Source: Hyphochytrium catenoides (lineage: Eukaryota; Protista; Hyphochytriomycota). From it: a stretch of 64,000 nt of DNA. The notes below the pieces were generated by a model, which was not told the DNA's origin, did no database searches, and worked only from the letters and a program-made list of their open reading frames with translations. A program made the position numbers and the translations under genes. The stretch covers positions 62,001 to 126,000 of the forward strand of contig FLMG01003251.1 of assembly GCA_900088475.1 (NCBI GenBank), written 5' to 3'. Below, in pieces: positions 11,301-23,551 of this stretch (the stretch's first letter is position 1; every line of letters starts with the position of its first letter).

Positions 11301-14300
11301 TTGACAAGGCAGATAGATGGGTGTTGAAGTTCGAGCGATACGCTCATGAGATAAGGAGGGCCTTGGTCATGAGCAACCCCATTAGTTCCTTCCTCAGAGC
11401 TGGTTGGAGAGCTCCCACCGTCGTTTCCAATGTACTCATCTGCAAGATTCGATCCGGCGGGAGGCATAGGATTGTAGTAGAAATCGATCATGACGAACAA
11501 TAAATCAGATGCAATGAGTCTTAGGCCTGCAATAGATAAAGATACGTCGGTCGTAGCCAGTTTTCTCCCGTGCTCCAATTCTTGAACCATCCTGCTAGTC
11601 ACGACGAGTGATAGCGGAGGCCTCCGCCGGTTTGCAGCCTGCTCCTTTGCCTTCTCCAGAGACAGAAACTGTTGGAACTCTGAGAAGAAAGTAGAGGTCG
11701 AGGCCCGAGTGTCCTGAATGACGAGGCCCTGAAGACGTAGCTCAATTGAGGAGGTGCCTATAAGAGAAATGTCATACACAACCTCAAACTCCGAAAGGCG
11801 CAAACGAGCCAGAGAGAAAGCGCTCTTCTGGTCCTCGCTCCCAATATAGAGATCGCCGCTCTCGGTTGGAGTGAAGCCATGGTCCCAGCTGACTATCTCA
11901 AGAATGATCACGGGAATATTGACCCTCACACTCATTGACGAAGCTAGCACTCCTCCTCCTCGCCCTTCGTCTCTTTCGAGCCTTTCTGAACTGCCGTAGG
12001 TCTCTGTTCTCCTCTCTTGTACACATATAAGAGCTCTTTCCTGGAAGTTGGAGCGGGGAATAGCCTGGTCACCCAATAGTGTTGCATGCTGCAACTGAGA
12101 GAGGACGAATGGCAGCCGAGATGTATGGACCGCCACCGAGAGGTGGCGATCGACGTTAATCGTAGCACTGATTGTTGCACTGCCCATCAAACTTTGCTCC
12201 TCCATCCGCAAACCTTGGGATACATGATCTTGAAGGGAGCGTCGCGGACTTGTCCAATCTGGAGACCGGCCGACAGAGAGATAGGAGACAATGCGTAGGT
12301 CCGAGACACAGACTTCCAGCTTACATAGCGATCTCGCTGCCAAAATATCTGCGGGCTCCTCAAGAGTATCATAGAACTCATCGTCTAGCGCCTCAGAGTC
12401 CGCAGGACTCAAGACCTGCTCCTTTCTCTCTTCCTTGTCCAACGGAAGCGTGGAAGAATTATCGATCTTCAAACCCCCTAGCAGCAACCTCAACGATTCT
12501 TTGCTATACGAGTTACGAGGCATCTCTATTGCCGCACCGGTCACCTCAATCTCTATTTTGGGAAGGAGGGCGACAGGTACGTCATCGTACATAATGCCCT
12601 GAGAAGTCAGCCGGCCCTCATCCTGCTCGTCGCTCTTCATTTTTATTTCGGACCCATCATTTGAGGCTGACATGAGTGCCAGAGCCTGCATGATGGGCCC
12701 AGATGTAGCCCAAAGTCTCACTTCATCAAGAAACCGATTGAGAAAGATGAGACGAGGCCTTGATAAAGATAGAGAGATTCCGAACTTATAGCCCGGGTGC
12801 CAGGATTGGTTGTCAAAGGGTATCCAAGAGATTAAGGAGCCGCTGAATATCTGCCTCTGTTTTACCTGAGCAGACCTTTCTCCGCCTTCTTTTTCAAAGG
12901 TCAGGATGTCTCTGTGGAGCTTGCCAAGAGGTGTGAGGTCTTGCACCATAACATTTGAAATAGAAAAGTCCGTCTTTAGGGAGCGGGGAGTTTGCCTAAG
13001 CTCAACTTCTAGACCCGACGTAGAAAGTTTAGCGACTGGACCCTGGAGTTCGGAGTTTAGAGTCACTGCCAGTCGTTGAAGCTTCAGCCTCACCATGAGT
13101 ACTAGGACGTCCTCATAGTGTTCACTGAAACTCTTCCCTTTGCGGCCGCCAGAGTATTCTGGATCACCCATGAAAGAGCCAGAAAAGCTGCTAGCACTAC
13201 CGCTCCGCCTAGAGTGAGGTGTGATCATAGTGACAACGTCAGAGCGGACGCTGCTCACCAGTTCTCGGACCCTGTATCTACCTCCCCCTCTCACACTACT
13301 CTGGGGCAGTGTCTCTACACTACTTTGCTTGCCTCTCTCCTTCAACGTAGGCTCCTTCTTACTAGGGCCCTCGCCGGTGGCAGTGCCAAAGGATAGCAGG
13401 AGAGCAGAAATAGTGTCCCTATTGAGGTACAGATTCATGCTCCCGAGGCTCATATCAATGGCTACGCATCCCGCAGTCATGGCGTCTCTCGTCCACTGTG
13501 TTTCATCCTGGCTTTTTCCTGTTAACTCGCTTTCCTCTACCTCAAGAACTGCAGACGGGGCTTCTGCGCTGATACTCGTCACTGAGACGGCCATAAGCTC
13601 TCTACCAAGAGCATCTCGAGTGCTGGATGTAGCTGTCATCGTAGAGCTTTCGGATGCATACAACGCTTGGCCCCCAATGGCTAGAAGCCTCTCCCTTTCC
13701 GGAAGGTCCTCAGTTCTTGCCGGACGGCAATGCAAGTCTCCGTTATCTCCAGTTCGACGCTGAGTGAAGAGTCTTTCTCGCTGCTTATCTTCAATCACGA
13801 GGGACGATAGGGTTATCCTACTATCACTTCGGTACATCTTCTGCTCTGCGAAAAGGGAGGCGTCCTGTACTACTATGGAAACAAGAGATGTCTCCGGCGA
13901 GATATCCTCTCCCGCCTTTTGCGTACCAAGCGAGATGCAGAGGAGCGAGAGGGAGATTGATGTCTGCATCACTACTCTCTTCCTTACAATGGTCTCCTCT
14001 TCTTCGGTAAGAGAAACATCCAGGGCATTCCTTTTTTTCTTTCTCAAAGACCGAAGCCGGGGCAACTTCACCGCCCTTCTCCTGGTTTCAGAAAAGGTTC
14101 CCCCAGAGTCCCCACTATGGGGTGAGCTCCCAGTGTGACTTCTTTGGAGAGGAGCAAAATCTACCTTCTTCTGAGCTGTAGAAGAGAGTATGGTCCGTCC
14201 TATTGGTTCCTGAAGAAAGTCCTGACCTCCATCTGCTTCCTTCCTTTCTGCTCTCAACAGCTCTTCCTTGTGTGATTTTCCAAGCGCTGCAGCCAGGCGG

Positions 14301-17300
14301 AGGAGTTGTGCGTAACGAACCGAAGAAAGAGTCAGTGAAAGAGGAGAAACCACGCCAACTAGGCGCGAAATAGGAATGTTGACATCGTTACGCACAATCG
14401 AGGTAAAGAAAGAGAAGCGTAATCCCACGTCGGAGATGAGAGAGAGGTGCGAGAGAAACGGTTCTCCCGGGATGAACTCTTCCGTTCCCCCAACAAAGAT
14501 ACCAAAGCCACTGGTCGTGATACTGATACAGTCATAGAGAAGGTCAGAATCCACCTCTGCTTGACCAGAGTAAGTCGCCATCTCCTTCGCTTCAGATTGC
14601 CTCTTGTCTGATCCGGGGGAAGCAGGAGCTCGCTGAGCTTCTGTTGCTGTCGATTTGCCTTCAGGCTTTTGTGCATCCTCCGTATTTGTCAAGGCGGCCA
14701 TTGGCATTGAACACACACTCTTACTGGCCTCATCTTGGCGCTTAGAGGGGCAACTGACAACGTTGAGTCTCCCCGCATTGATAACTAGTAGAGCACTCTG
14801 AGCTTTTAGACTTCTTACATCTTCGGGAACTTTTATCCTAGGGCCCGCTATCCTAACGTCAAGGCTCACTCTCTTGTGCCTCTTGATGGCCTCAGAGAGC
14901 TGGGAGGAAGAGAGCGACCGTAGATTTCGAATTTGAGTAAGTGCTGCACTCTTGGCTGCCTCCAGGTTGATACTGGAAGGAGGGGAGAAAAACGCAATGG
15001 CGCAGGTGGTTGCAGGGACACTGATAACTATATCTAGGGGTTGAACGTAGAGGTGAAATCGCAATGAAGCTGAGCCATCCAGAGGTGGAGCTTCCACTCG
15101 CATCATAACAAAGGGAAGGGGGTCTTCACAACGAGAGAGACGAAGGCAAGCAAGCTCTTGACTCGGATGTAAAATCGCTGTGTCTTTTAGAGACAGCCTG
15201 CTGATAATACGCTTATACTCGGTGGCCCGAGTGCCATGATCCGTCAGGGACAGGTCAGAGAGCTTCACATACCCTTCAACCCCGCCTGCGCGTAGTACAG
15301 TTGTTATCTCAGTGCTGATTAAAGATGCATGGAGAAGGACATCTTCGCTGCCTCCATGACCTGCCGTTGTGCTGTGCTTGTTCCGCTTCTTGTCGGCTGA
15401 AAGGGTGACAGAAGCTGTGCCCAAAACGGCCGTTAGGTCCAAGATAATGTCTCTCGGATTCTCTGGTGTCGCTCTCGTCGCCTCGGGGTCGAAGTTGATG
15501 ACCTCATAGAGCTGTTTTTGATCTTCAACAGTAAGTTCGCCGAGAGCCGTTTCAGGAGTAGTAGAGGAGGAAGCTTTCTTTGTACCATAAAACCAAGAGT
15601 ACCACGAAGAGCCTGACTTCTGCTCTTCTTCCGCTAACTTCTTCTTCTCCTCTTCCTCTTGTTTTTTCTCCTTTTCTGCCTCGACTGCCGCTAAACTTCT
15701 AAGGTAAACAACGTCGGAGACTTCAAAAACGGTATCTAACGAAGCTAGTAACCCTATATCGTCAGGAGTCAGCTCTTTGCTAAGCTGTGGATCCTGATGG
15801 ATTGAAGAAAACGCCCGCGGCAGGTTAGTCCCTACTATCTCGCCCGTAAAGATTGCGACTTTTTTTAACTGCACCTGCTTTCGTTTGTATAATTCAACGT
15901 ACTGCCTTCGCTTCTTCTGATGTATCAATAGGTTGGCCCAGTCAATACCCCGCTTCTGGTCTCTCAGGTCGGTGGTGATGGCCCTAATCGCAAAGTGCCA
16001 CCATGCCGCTGGATCCTTCTTGGGGGTTGAGGAGGGGCGCATGTGTTTGTACCTAGCGCGGGCAGAGAGAAGATGGATAGTGGAGACAAGGGAGAGTAAA
16101 GAAAGGTATTGCTCTCTTCTAAGCTCCACGCCGAAATCCTCAAAGGAACAGCGGACAGATACCATCGGTGTGGGGTCGTCCCTGACCCAGATGGCGGCTG
16201 CGTGGAATTCGCTAATCACCTCCTCGAGACCCTTGCTGGGCACTGATCCCCATTGCAAACAGGCATTCAATGCGTCTTTGAACCCTTGAAGGGAAGGGGG
16301 GCCGGGCCCTTCTCTCTCTCTGTGGTATTGGGCCATAGACCACGCCTCAGTGAAGAGGTAGGTTAGCGTCCACTTCATATTTCCCACTCTGGGAGGCATT
16401 CGCTGGACAAACTCTTCCCATTCCTCTTGGCCTATCGCCTCTATGCACCGCAACTTCCATGTAATGCCCAACCTATCCATCACGCGGCTGTTAAACTCAG
16501 ATTTAGCCCTATCCGTTCTTAGGCTTGTGTCAGACTCGTTTATAGTGATCTTCACAGTCCCACTGACAGGATTAAGGATATACTTGAACCCATTACGAGG
16601 CAGATCGAAGGGGGCACCCATTCTTGTTGTGAAGCCCTCTTCTTCCTTGATCGCCTAAGACACCATCATAGGAAGAACTGAGTGAGCAAAGGATGAAAGG
16701 GAAGGGCAAGATGCGTCCGCTAGAGCAATAAAGAGGGACCCGGTCTGAAGAAGGGTAAGAAGGCAAAGCCCGAAGGGGGAGGTCCGAAGAAGTGAGGTGC
16801 GATGGGGAAGAGGGTGCGAGAGAGGAGCGGGACGGAGGCTGAAGTAGAAGGGTTCTTGAAAAGGAAGTTCGGCATCCAAGTGCTAATGAACGCTCACCTC
16901 GTCGAGAGCATTCCAGTACACTGCCAGGTTTGTGAGGTCACATTGCTTTCTAATAAGCTCTGCCGCCGGCTGTCTCTCCGTCACTCTCTTAGTATATTTC
17001 CCTGTTTCATCGACCGTCATCACGTAGAGTTTCTCCATGACCAAGCCAAATGAAGATACATCAGACGATTTGCTTATGCCGTCTTCCACCCGTATGTGCA
17101 CTCGTTTGATCTGTATCTGAACGTTGTCGATGAGGCGGATAAGCAGCCGCATCCAAAAGGAGTCTCGAACAGAGGTGGGCTTAGAGGTAGTATCACTAGT
17201 TCCATCTTCTCTCTGCTTGGCTGCATCTTCAATGGCTTTAAGCTCTTTTTGCCGTTTAGCAAAGCGATCCCTGTCCTCTTTCTCCTTGTCATAGTGAGCC

Positions 17301-17803
17301 TCACTCTTCAAGGATACCGCCAGGTAGAGCTCGTCTGGCAAGAAGAGATGCTAAGCAGGTTGAGAACATTACCGCCACTGTTCGTTTGCTCACCTATTTC
17401 TAGCTCTATCGACTTGCTGGAAAGCTGAGTCCAAGGAACCTGTACAGCACGGATGTCAGAAAATGCAATAGCCTTTTCTCTCCTCTACCACATGTGAATA
17501 CAAGGGTCTCTGCTACTCAGAGGCACTAGAGAGCCCTTACTTTGATAATTAGGCTGCTTATCAGCCCTCTTGATACGTGGAGTGGTAGCTCAAGTTGCTC
17601 CAATATGCTCTCCTTGATCTCCTGCTCTCATCCGTAATCAGAGTTAGAAGAAGAAGATCCCAGAATTGCCAGGAAGGACTCACCAGATTTTTGAGTTCCA
17701 CATCTCCTCGCCAAACGCTGACATTCAGGGACTCCTCATTCAGGTTCTTAACGTACGCACCCAGATAATGCTTGAGATACGAGAAGAGGTATTGCTGAAG
17801 CAT
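2306..17803 (-). CDS. VPS13: VPS13-family bridge-like lipid transfer protein, about 4,900 aa, about 7 exons
   Basis: Chorein N-terminus MLQQYLFSYLKHYLGAYVKNLNEESLNVSVWRGDVELKNL, then VPWTQL, IDNVQIQIKRVHIRVED, AWWHFAI, WEPLVE, VAB repeats (LRVRSPLRIKN, PPLTLENCLP, FYVPFWLID), QLDNQL, ATG2_C-like GNPVGLVGTLKGGVKEFF and a PH region. GT-AG introns join ORFs 17561-17803, 16883-17341, 8516-16621, 8138-8413 and 2306-7930 in frame. Confidence 0.96.
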
Positions 17804-18598
17804 AGTTCAGCATAAGGGGACCCGAAGGTGCTCGTTAACGACCTCCGGTCCTTATCTCCGCATACCGTGCGCCATGCGTTTGAAGCTAAGAGTCCCAGGC
17901 AGATGGCCTTGGGCCTCGCATACCTGTCCTTGGCGCTGATCTCTGCCCTTTGATCCTACGTGGGAGCTGGGGTGCCCAAAAGTTAGAAAGTGCGCGAGAG
18001 CTTGGAACCTCCCCCCTCGCTGTCTTCGTAGAAGGGCCTCTGTCATGCCGCTGCAGGGCCTATCGCACGATACCAGCTATCCCAGCTCCTACTGATTGCC
18101 CTTCAGGATCGGGTGTCAGCCCTCATCAGTCATGAGAAGCGGCAGTTCTCATGCTCTGAGCAGGGAGGTGTTGAGCCCAGTCGCCAGCAAGATTCAGAAC
18201 TCAACTTCGACATTTCTCCGCACAAAACCAACCCATCAACTCCATTCCTAATATAGGCACTCAATATCGCCATTATAGGTGATATACTATATTTCATTCT
18301 GAATCTCATCCTGCAGCAGCTTGTCAACATCAGCGCTGGAAGATTCTTCACCTGAGGATTTGATCACTTGTCATGCTTTGACAGGCATAACCGTCCTGGT
18401 CAGCAGCACTGACCAAAGGCCTGGGTACCCAACTGGAGGTGCCTCAGGCGCAGTGGCAAAGGACGCTCGGTCCCGCGGTTGGTAGAGGCAACAGACAACG
18501 CTGACGAAAGAGATCTGATGGAGTTTGTGTACCTATATTCAATACTCCGTACATAAACTTCTAGCACTAAAACTCTACTGAGGAGATGCAAAGTAGAA

Positions 18599-19931
18599 TC
18601 ATCGCTTATGGCCAAGCAGAGGAGTCTTCTCGCCACGAAGAGCATACTCATCGTGTTCCGGCCGATTGGGCTTCACGATAAGAGGACTGTTCGCAATCTT
18701 GCCGCCGGATGGCGTGATAGGGAAAAACTTCTCTGTCTCTGAGTACTTAAACATTGGCCACTTAATAGTAGCATTGTAGGTGGCCGTTCCAATGAAGAGG
18801 ATGCCCATACCACCCAGCTCCAGCCAGCTCCACTTTGTCCAGGCCTCACCAAATGTTTGGTGTGTGAAGACATAGAAGAGAAGAAGGTCCGTGCCCCAGA
18901 CAGCAATAGGTCTGAAGTTCTCCAGGATGGACCGCCATACAGATTCCAAGAGGAAAGTGACAAAAATGGCGGACACATTGTATCCCGTGATGCTGAAGAG
19001 ATAGACCAGTGTCATGCCAAAAAGAGAGGAGCTGTTCTTGATCATGACTATAGAGTCCCAGAAGTTCTCATAGCTTCCCCCCACATCATTGCCTGGGGCC
19101 AGATAAGCAGCCGGGAAGAGGATGAAGAGCATCAGCAGGGATCCCCAGAGGCCTTCCATACCAACAACGACTAGCGGAGGAGTATCATCGTCACCCATGA
19201 CCTTCTCCTCGAGGACGAATTGGAAGGCATTGAGTGAGCAACCAAGAAGGATGGTGAAGATACCCAGAGCCACATTAGAGCCCGCATTGGGGTCAACGAA
19301 TGCTGACGCACTCACACATGCGATAGCTATCGCATTGAGCATTACTCCGGTCCAATGATAAGACGTGAGTTTGTGCTTCAAGACGAAGACCTTCAGCAAC
19401 GCCACGATGACGATCACCATGCATCGTACCAACTGGTAGACGCTAACAGTGACATAGAGCAGTCCAATCATGAAAAGGGTGGTAGCCAGGAGATCTGTGA
19501 TGGCTGGCAGGATCAGAATCCAGACAATCTTGGGCTTGATTCTTGGAGCCTTCTGGCCAGTCAGGTACAGGTAGGTGTAATGGATAGGTAGAGCTGCAAT
19601 AGCACCGCAGTTCGGGGTAACGGGGGTCGATGAATCTGTTAGTAAGCAGCACAAAGGGCAAGAGAAGAACGATAGATGTACGACAACAATTCAAGGGCTC
19701 GAGAGCCCATAGAGCAAGAGAATGGATGACCTAGAGGGTGGGCCTGGCGGAGCACTCACCGATTACCATCGCCACGAACATAATGAAGGTGGACATCAAC
19801 GGCTTTTTGAATTTCACAATCTCTCCATCAGAGTTCTCAGATGTAATGCCATACATGACCTTGCTGGAGAGGGTGGCGCATGTCCCCATGGCCAGGGCCG
19901 TCAGGAAGACGGCGAGGGGCAAGAATTTCAT
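18599..19931 (-). CDS. SLC35F6-like DMT-superfamily transporter, 2 coding exons
   Basis: About 10 hydrophobic helices; FKKPLMSTFIMFVAM, PAITDLLATTL, VSVYQLVR, QFVLEEK, PPLVVVGMEGLWG, SILENFR. One phase-1 intron (gtgagt...tgcag). C-terminal EKTPLL fits the [DE]xxxL[LI] endolysosomal sorting motif. Confidence 0.85.
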
Positions 19932-20176
19932 GATTTGGATATGACGGAGAGGCTCTCCGCAAGCAATAATCTGGCTGTTCAAGATGTCTTCTCTCTTGTC
20001 AGGCAGCTGCTCTCTGAAGCTATCCTGTGGCGTGGATGACTGGGGAAGCCTTGCAACTCTCAACTGATAATTGAGAATGCCAAGACGGGGAATCTGAAGG
20101 ATCTATCCAGAGGGCAAGCAGCGAGCAAGCGACATAGAAGGTAACTGTAGAAGTAGAAGGCGTTTGAGAAAAGTGG

Positions 20177-20248
20177 GAGAGAGAGGGAGAGAGGGAGAGA
20201 ATGTGTGTGCGAGAGAGAGTGAGTGAGAGAGAGAAAGAGTGGGGGGGG

Positions 20249-20285
<37 letters not shown>

Positions 20286-20404
20286 AAAGAGAGAGAGCGC
20301 GCGAGAGAGAGAGCGCGAGAGAGAGAGAGCGCGGGCGCGAGAGAGAGAGAGAGAGAGCGCGCGAGAGAGAGAGCGCGAAAGAGAGAGAGCGCGCGAGAGA
20401 GAGA

Positions 20405-20445
<41 letters not shown>
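20177..20445. repeat. Compound (GA)n/(GC)n microsatellite upstream of the SLC35F6-like gene
   Basis: Visible GA runs interrupted by GCGC blocks and a G-run; reads as CT on the sense strand of the minus-strand transporter gene. Confidence 0.95.
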
Positions 20446-20448
<3 letters not shown>

Positions 20449-21059
20449 AAAGGCATGGCATAACGAGAGATGATGGATACTCTTCGGAACCGAAGATATC
20501 CCAACATCAAGCCCTACTACTACTATCATACACAGCTCCTCAATGTTAGCCCTATCAGCTCCAGAAGAGCTATTACTACTGCAGTACAATAGCCGATGTG
20601 GTCTCTGTAGCGAGACAGAGTGATTGACAAGCAGTGGGTCAGACATAGTAAGTCGTCAACGGCCGTAGCGCCTCGTTGGGACAGCGGCCAGTCCTTTCTG
20701 AAGGTCAACAGAGTTTGGACATATCCACCTTGAAGTCCATAGAGAGGCCGATAGGGTGCGACTGGTGATCAACCGACCGACAACCGACAACGCATCTCTG
20801 ACTCTTCCTTGAGCACGCCAAGCGATTCCTCTCGAACTGAAGATAATCGGGGACATTTATCTCCTCGACACTGCCCAGAGAGCGTTTTTATTATGTTGAA
20901 AGAGAAGGCCCAATAGACATGAAGACAGTGCTTCACTTAGCGCACTTAGGATTATTCCCACCTTGTCCAATGCTTGTTAGGATAGACCTTTCCGAGTCTC
21001 TTCCAGACAAATCCGCAATGGAGGAGGGAAGAAGACGGAGCTGGAAGGATTATTTATGT

Positions 21060-22616
21060 CTAATCTATATGGTACTGCACCACTTGTCTCTGAGGTGGCT
21101 GAGCCTCTGCTTCCACCCTCTTCAGTGCGAAGTCAATCCTGACATTAAGAAGTCTATGGTTGTCACGCCTTCTGGTGATGTGTACTTCTCCTTCTACCAC
21201 ATCCCCATCGCAAACTTGGATAGGAGGAGCCACCAGGAAGCTCTGCTGGCCCCAATGCGTGTATCCAATGTACGGTGCTGTGCTGAGAGTGACAGGCGTA
21301 GGTGCAGGATTCTGAGGACTGCCCTTGAAATCCACGTCAAACCAGCCTGCGAAGGAACTTAACCGCGTCACCTTTTGAATAGGGCAGAAAAATCGACTCC
21401 GGATTTCCTCTATATCCTTGACAGAAATCTTCAGCAGGTCCAACTCACAAATCTTCGAGGGAGCACCAATGACTTTGTCGTCTGTCAGCTCTACCCAGAG
21501 TGAAGTACGAAGGAAGTAATCTTCCTGTTCTTGTCGGAAAGAACCCGAGAGCACGCTCATATCCACTCCATAGGCTCCCCGAGTGTCCTCAATGAAAGCT
21601 GACCAATCGTCCATCGCCCTGTTGAAGTCCGTCACCTTTCGCATGCATTCCTCCTCATCATTCACGGGGGCGATGTACATAGAGGCATGAGAAGGGAAGA
21701 GAGAGCCTCCCGCTTTAAGCCAGCGGTCCCTAGCAACTAGTACAGAGTCAAGCATGGACTCTCGGAGCAAAAAGTATCCCTATAGCGGTCGTAAGGAATA
21801 AAATCAGAAGACCAACTTGAAAAATGAGGTGGACGAGACGTGAGGATGAGGGAGGCTATCAAAAGAAACGATGCAATCATTTGGCTCTAGATACAGCGCA
21901 AGGAGGTCACGCGAAAGACAAAGCTGGCTGCTGATGGGCCGTTAGTGAAGGGCGATGCTACCGTGAGAGACCAACAGCAGCATAATAATTGGCTTTGAGT
22001 CAGCTGAATTTACCACGAGACTGAGACCGGCGGATGGTAACAGGACGCGGGGACAAGAGAAGCAGGAGAGATGATCTTAACTCACCATCCATTCTGAGAT
22101 GATAATATCCACCTTCTCTGGCAAATCAATGTCCTCTACCTTTCCCTGAATAACCTCGATCTTGCCCTCTAAGCCATTGCACTTCACTAGCGACCTAGCA
22201 TGCTTGGCCATATCCGTTGCCTGCCGCCCGAAGAGAAAGCAATCGTTAAAAAGTCCCCGTAAAGCTCAATGGAGATCCCAGAAAAAGGAATAAGGCAGAG
22301 ATGCAAAGGGGTATCACGCATTAAGGGCTCATTAGGAGCAAAAAGGAAGGAAGGAGAAGGGACATGACTCTCTCACCTCTACCGCGTAGACCTTTCTCGC
22401 GCCTGCAATAGCGGACCATAGCGCGAGAATTCCGCTTCCTGTGCCCACATCGAGCACTACTTTATCTTTAAAAAGAGCCTGGTTGTTGAAGACAGATTTG
22501 TAGTACGCCTGCATGCGGACTTCGTCCGTTAGCATCTGCTTTTGATGGTAGAGGAAAGCATAGGTGCAGAAGTAATTCGCGAAGTCGCTTGACTCTTCAA
22601 ACTTCTCTGAGGCCAT
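21060..22616 (-). CDS. PRMT10: Protein arginine N-methyltransferase, PRMT10-type, 3 exons
   Basis: DFANYFCTYAFLYHQKQML (PRMT10-like N-terminus), VLDVGTGSG motif I, VYAVEAT, double-E loop ISEWMGYFLLRESML, THW loop YTHWGQQ. Both introns are GT-AG and restore the frame. Confidence 0.92.
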
Positions 22617-23040
22617 GATGATGACGGATGACGGTAGGATCAGGTGTCTAGTGCTGGGACAGACTCTTGAAGCTTCAGAACCACTTCTTGGGGCTATCGA
22701 GCTCTGCTTCTTCTTAACTCCACTCCGCCGTCTCCTGATCTCTCTTCTTCAAGGCCGTCTAGCTCTTGAAGAGTTGCTTTGATTGCGGCATCCTCGTCCT
22801 TTCTCCTCTCGCCTGTTGAGACTTCCCAGGATAACTGGCGCTTCAACGCTATGGCAGTGGTTCAGAGCTCAGAAAGCACGAAGATCCTCCTCCTCCACTC
22901 CTTCCATCAGCATGGATACCTTCTCGTCCGATTCTGAATCAGTCTGAACTTAATGGCTTGCCTGCAGAATATGTGAAGCGACACAATGAGAAGCTGGTGA
23001 ACTTGGGCCGTTTCGAGGATTCTTCTCCCTCATCCTTTCT

Positions 23041-23062
23041 TTTCTCTCTCTCCCTCTCACTT

Positions 23063-23132
<70 letters not shown>

Positions 23133-23142
23133 CCTCTCACTT

Positions 23143-23189
<47 letters not shown>

Positions 23190-23288
23190 GTCTCTCTCTT
23201 TCTCTCTCTCTCTCTCTTCCCCTCTCTCTTTCTCTCTCTTTCTCTCTCTCTCTCTCTTGGTTCCTCGCGCTCTCTCTCTCTCTCTCTT
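23041..23288. repeat. (CT)n microsatellite between divergent PRMT10 and ankyrin-TPR genes
   Basis: About 250 nt of imperfect CT repeats, directly visible. Confidence 0.95.
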
Positions 23289-23551
23289 TGTGTCTATCCC
23301 TATCCCTCCTCTATGGCTAGCTGGCACTCGCAATCCTTCTCGCTGTCTCTTCTGGCTCTCTCATAGAACATTTTACCATCTTACTCTCTTTATGATCCCG
23401 TTTACAATGTCCATCTTTTGTCATTAGAGGTGGGCTTCACGCGCTTAGAACTTTTCCCCATTCAGAGAACGATAGACAGAAGTAACGGTGCATAGAATGA
23501 GGAGGTGAGAAAGGGAGCTCTGTGCACCAGCGCGTCCCGCGGCTGTCAGTC

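Noticed and set aside
2801-16658. Many + strand ORFs of 60-180 aa
   Set aside because: Antisense shadows of the long VPS13 exons with no recognisable motifs.
20020-20646. ER-rich and LS-rich ORFs on both strands (also 22950-23333 and part of 36747-37250)
   Set aside because: Translations of GA/CT microsatellites that lack stop codons, not proteins.
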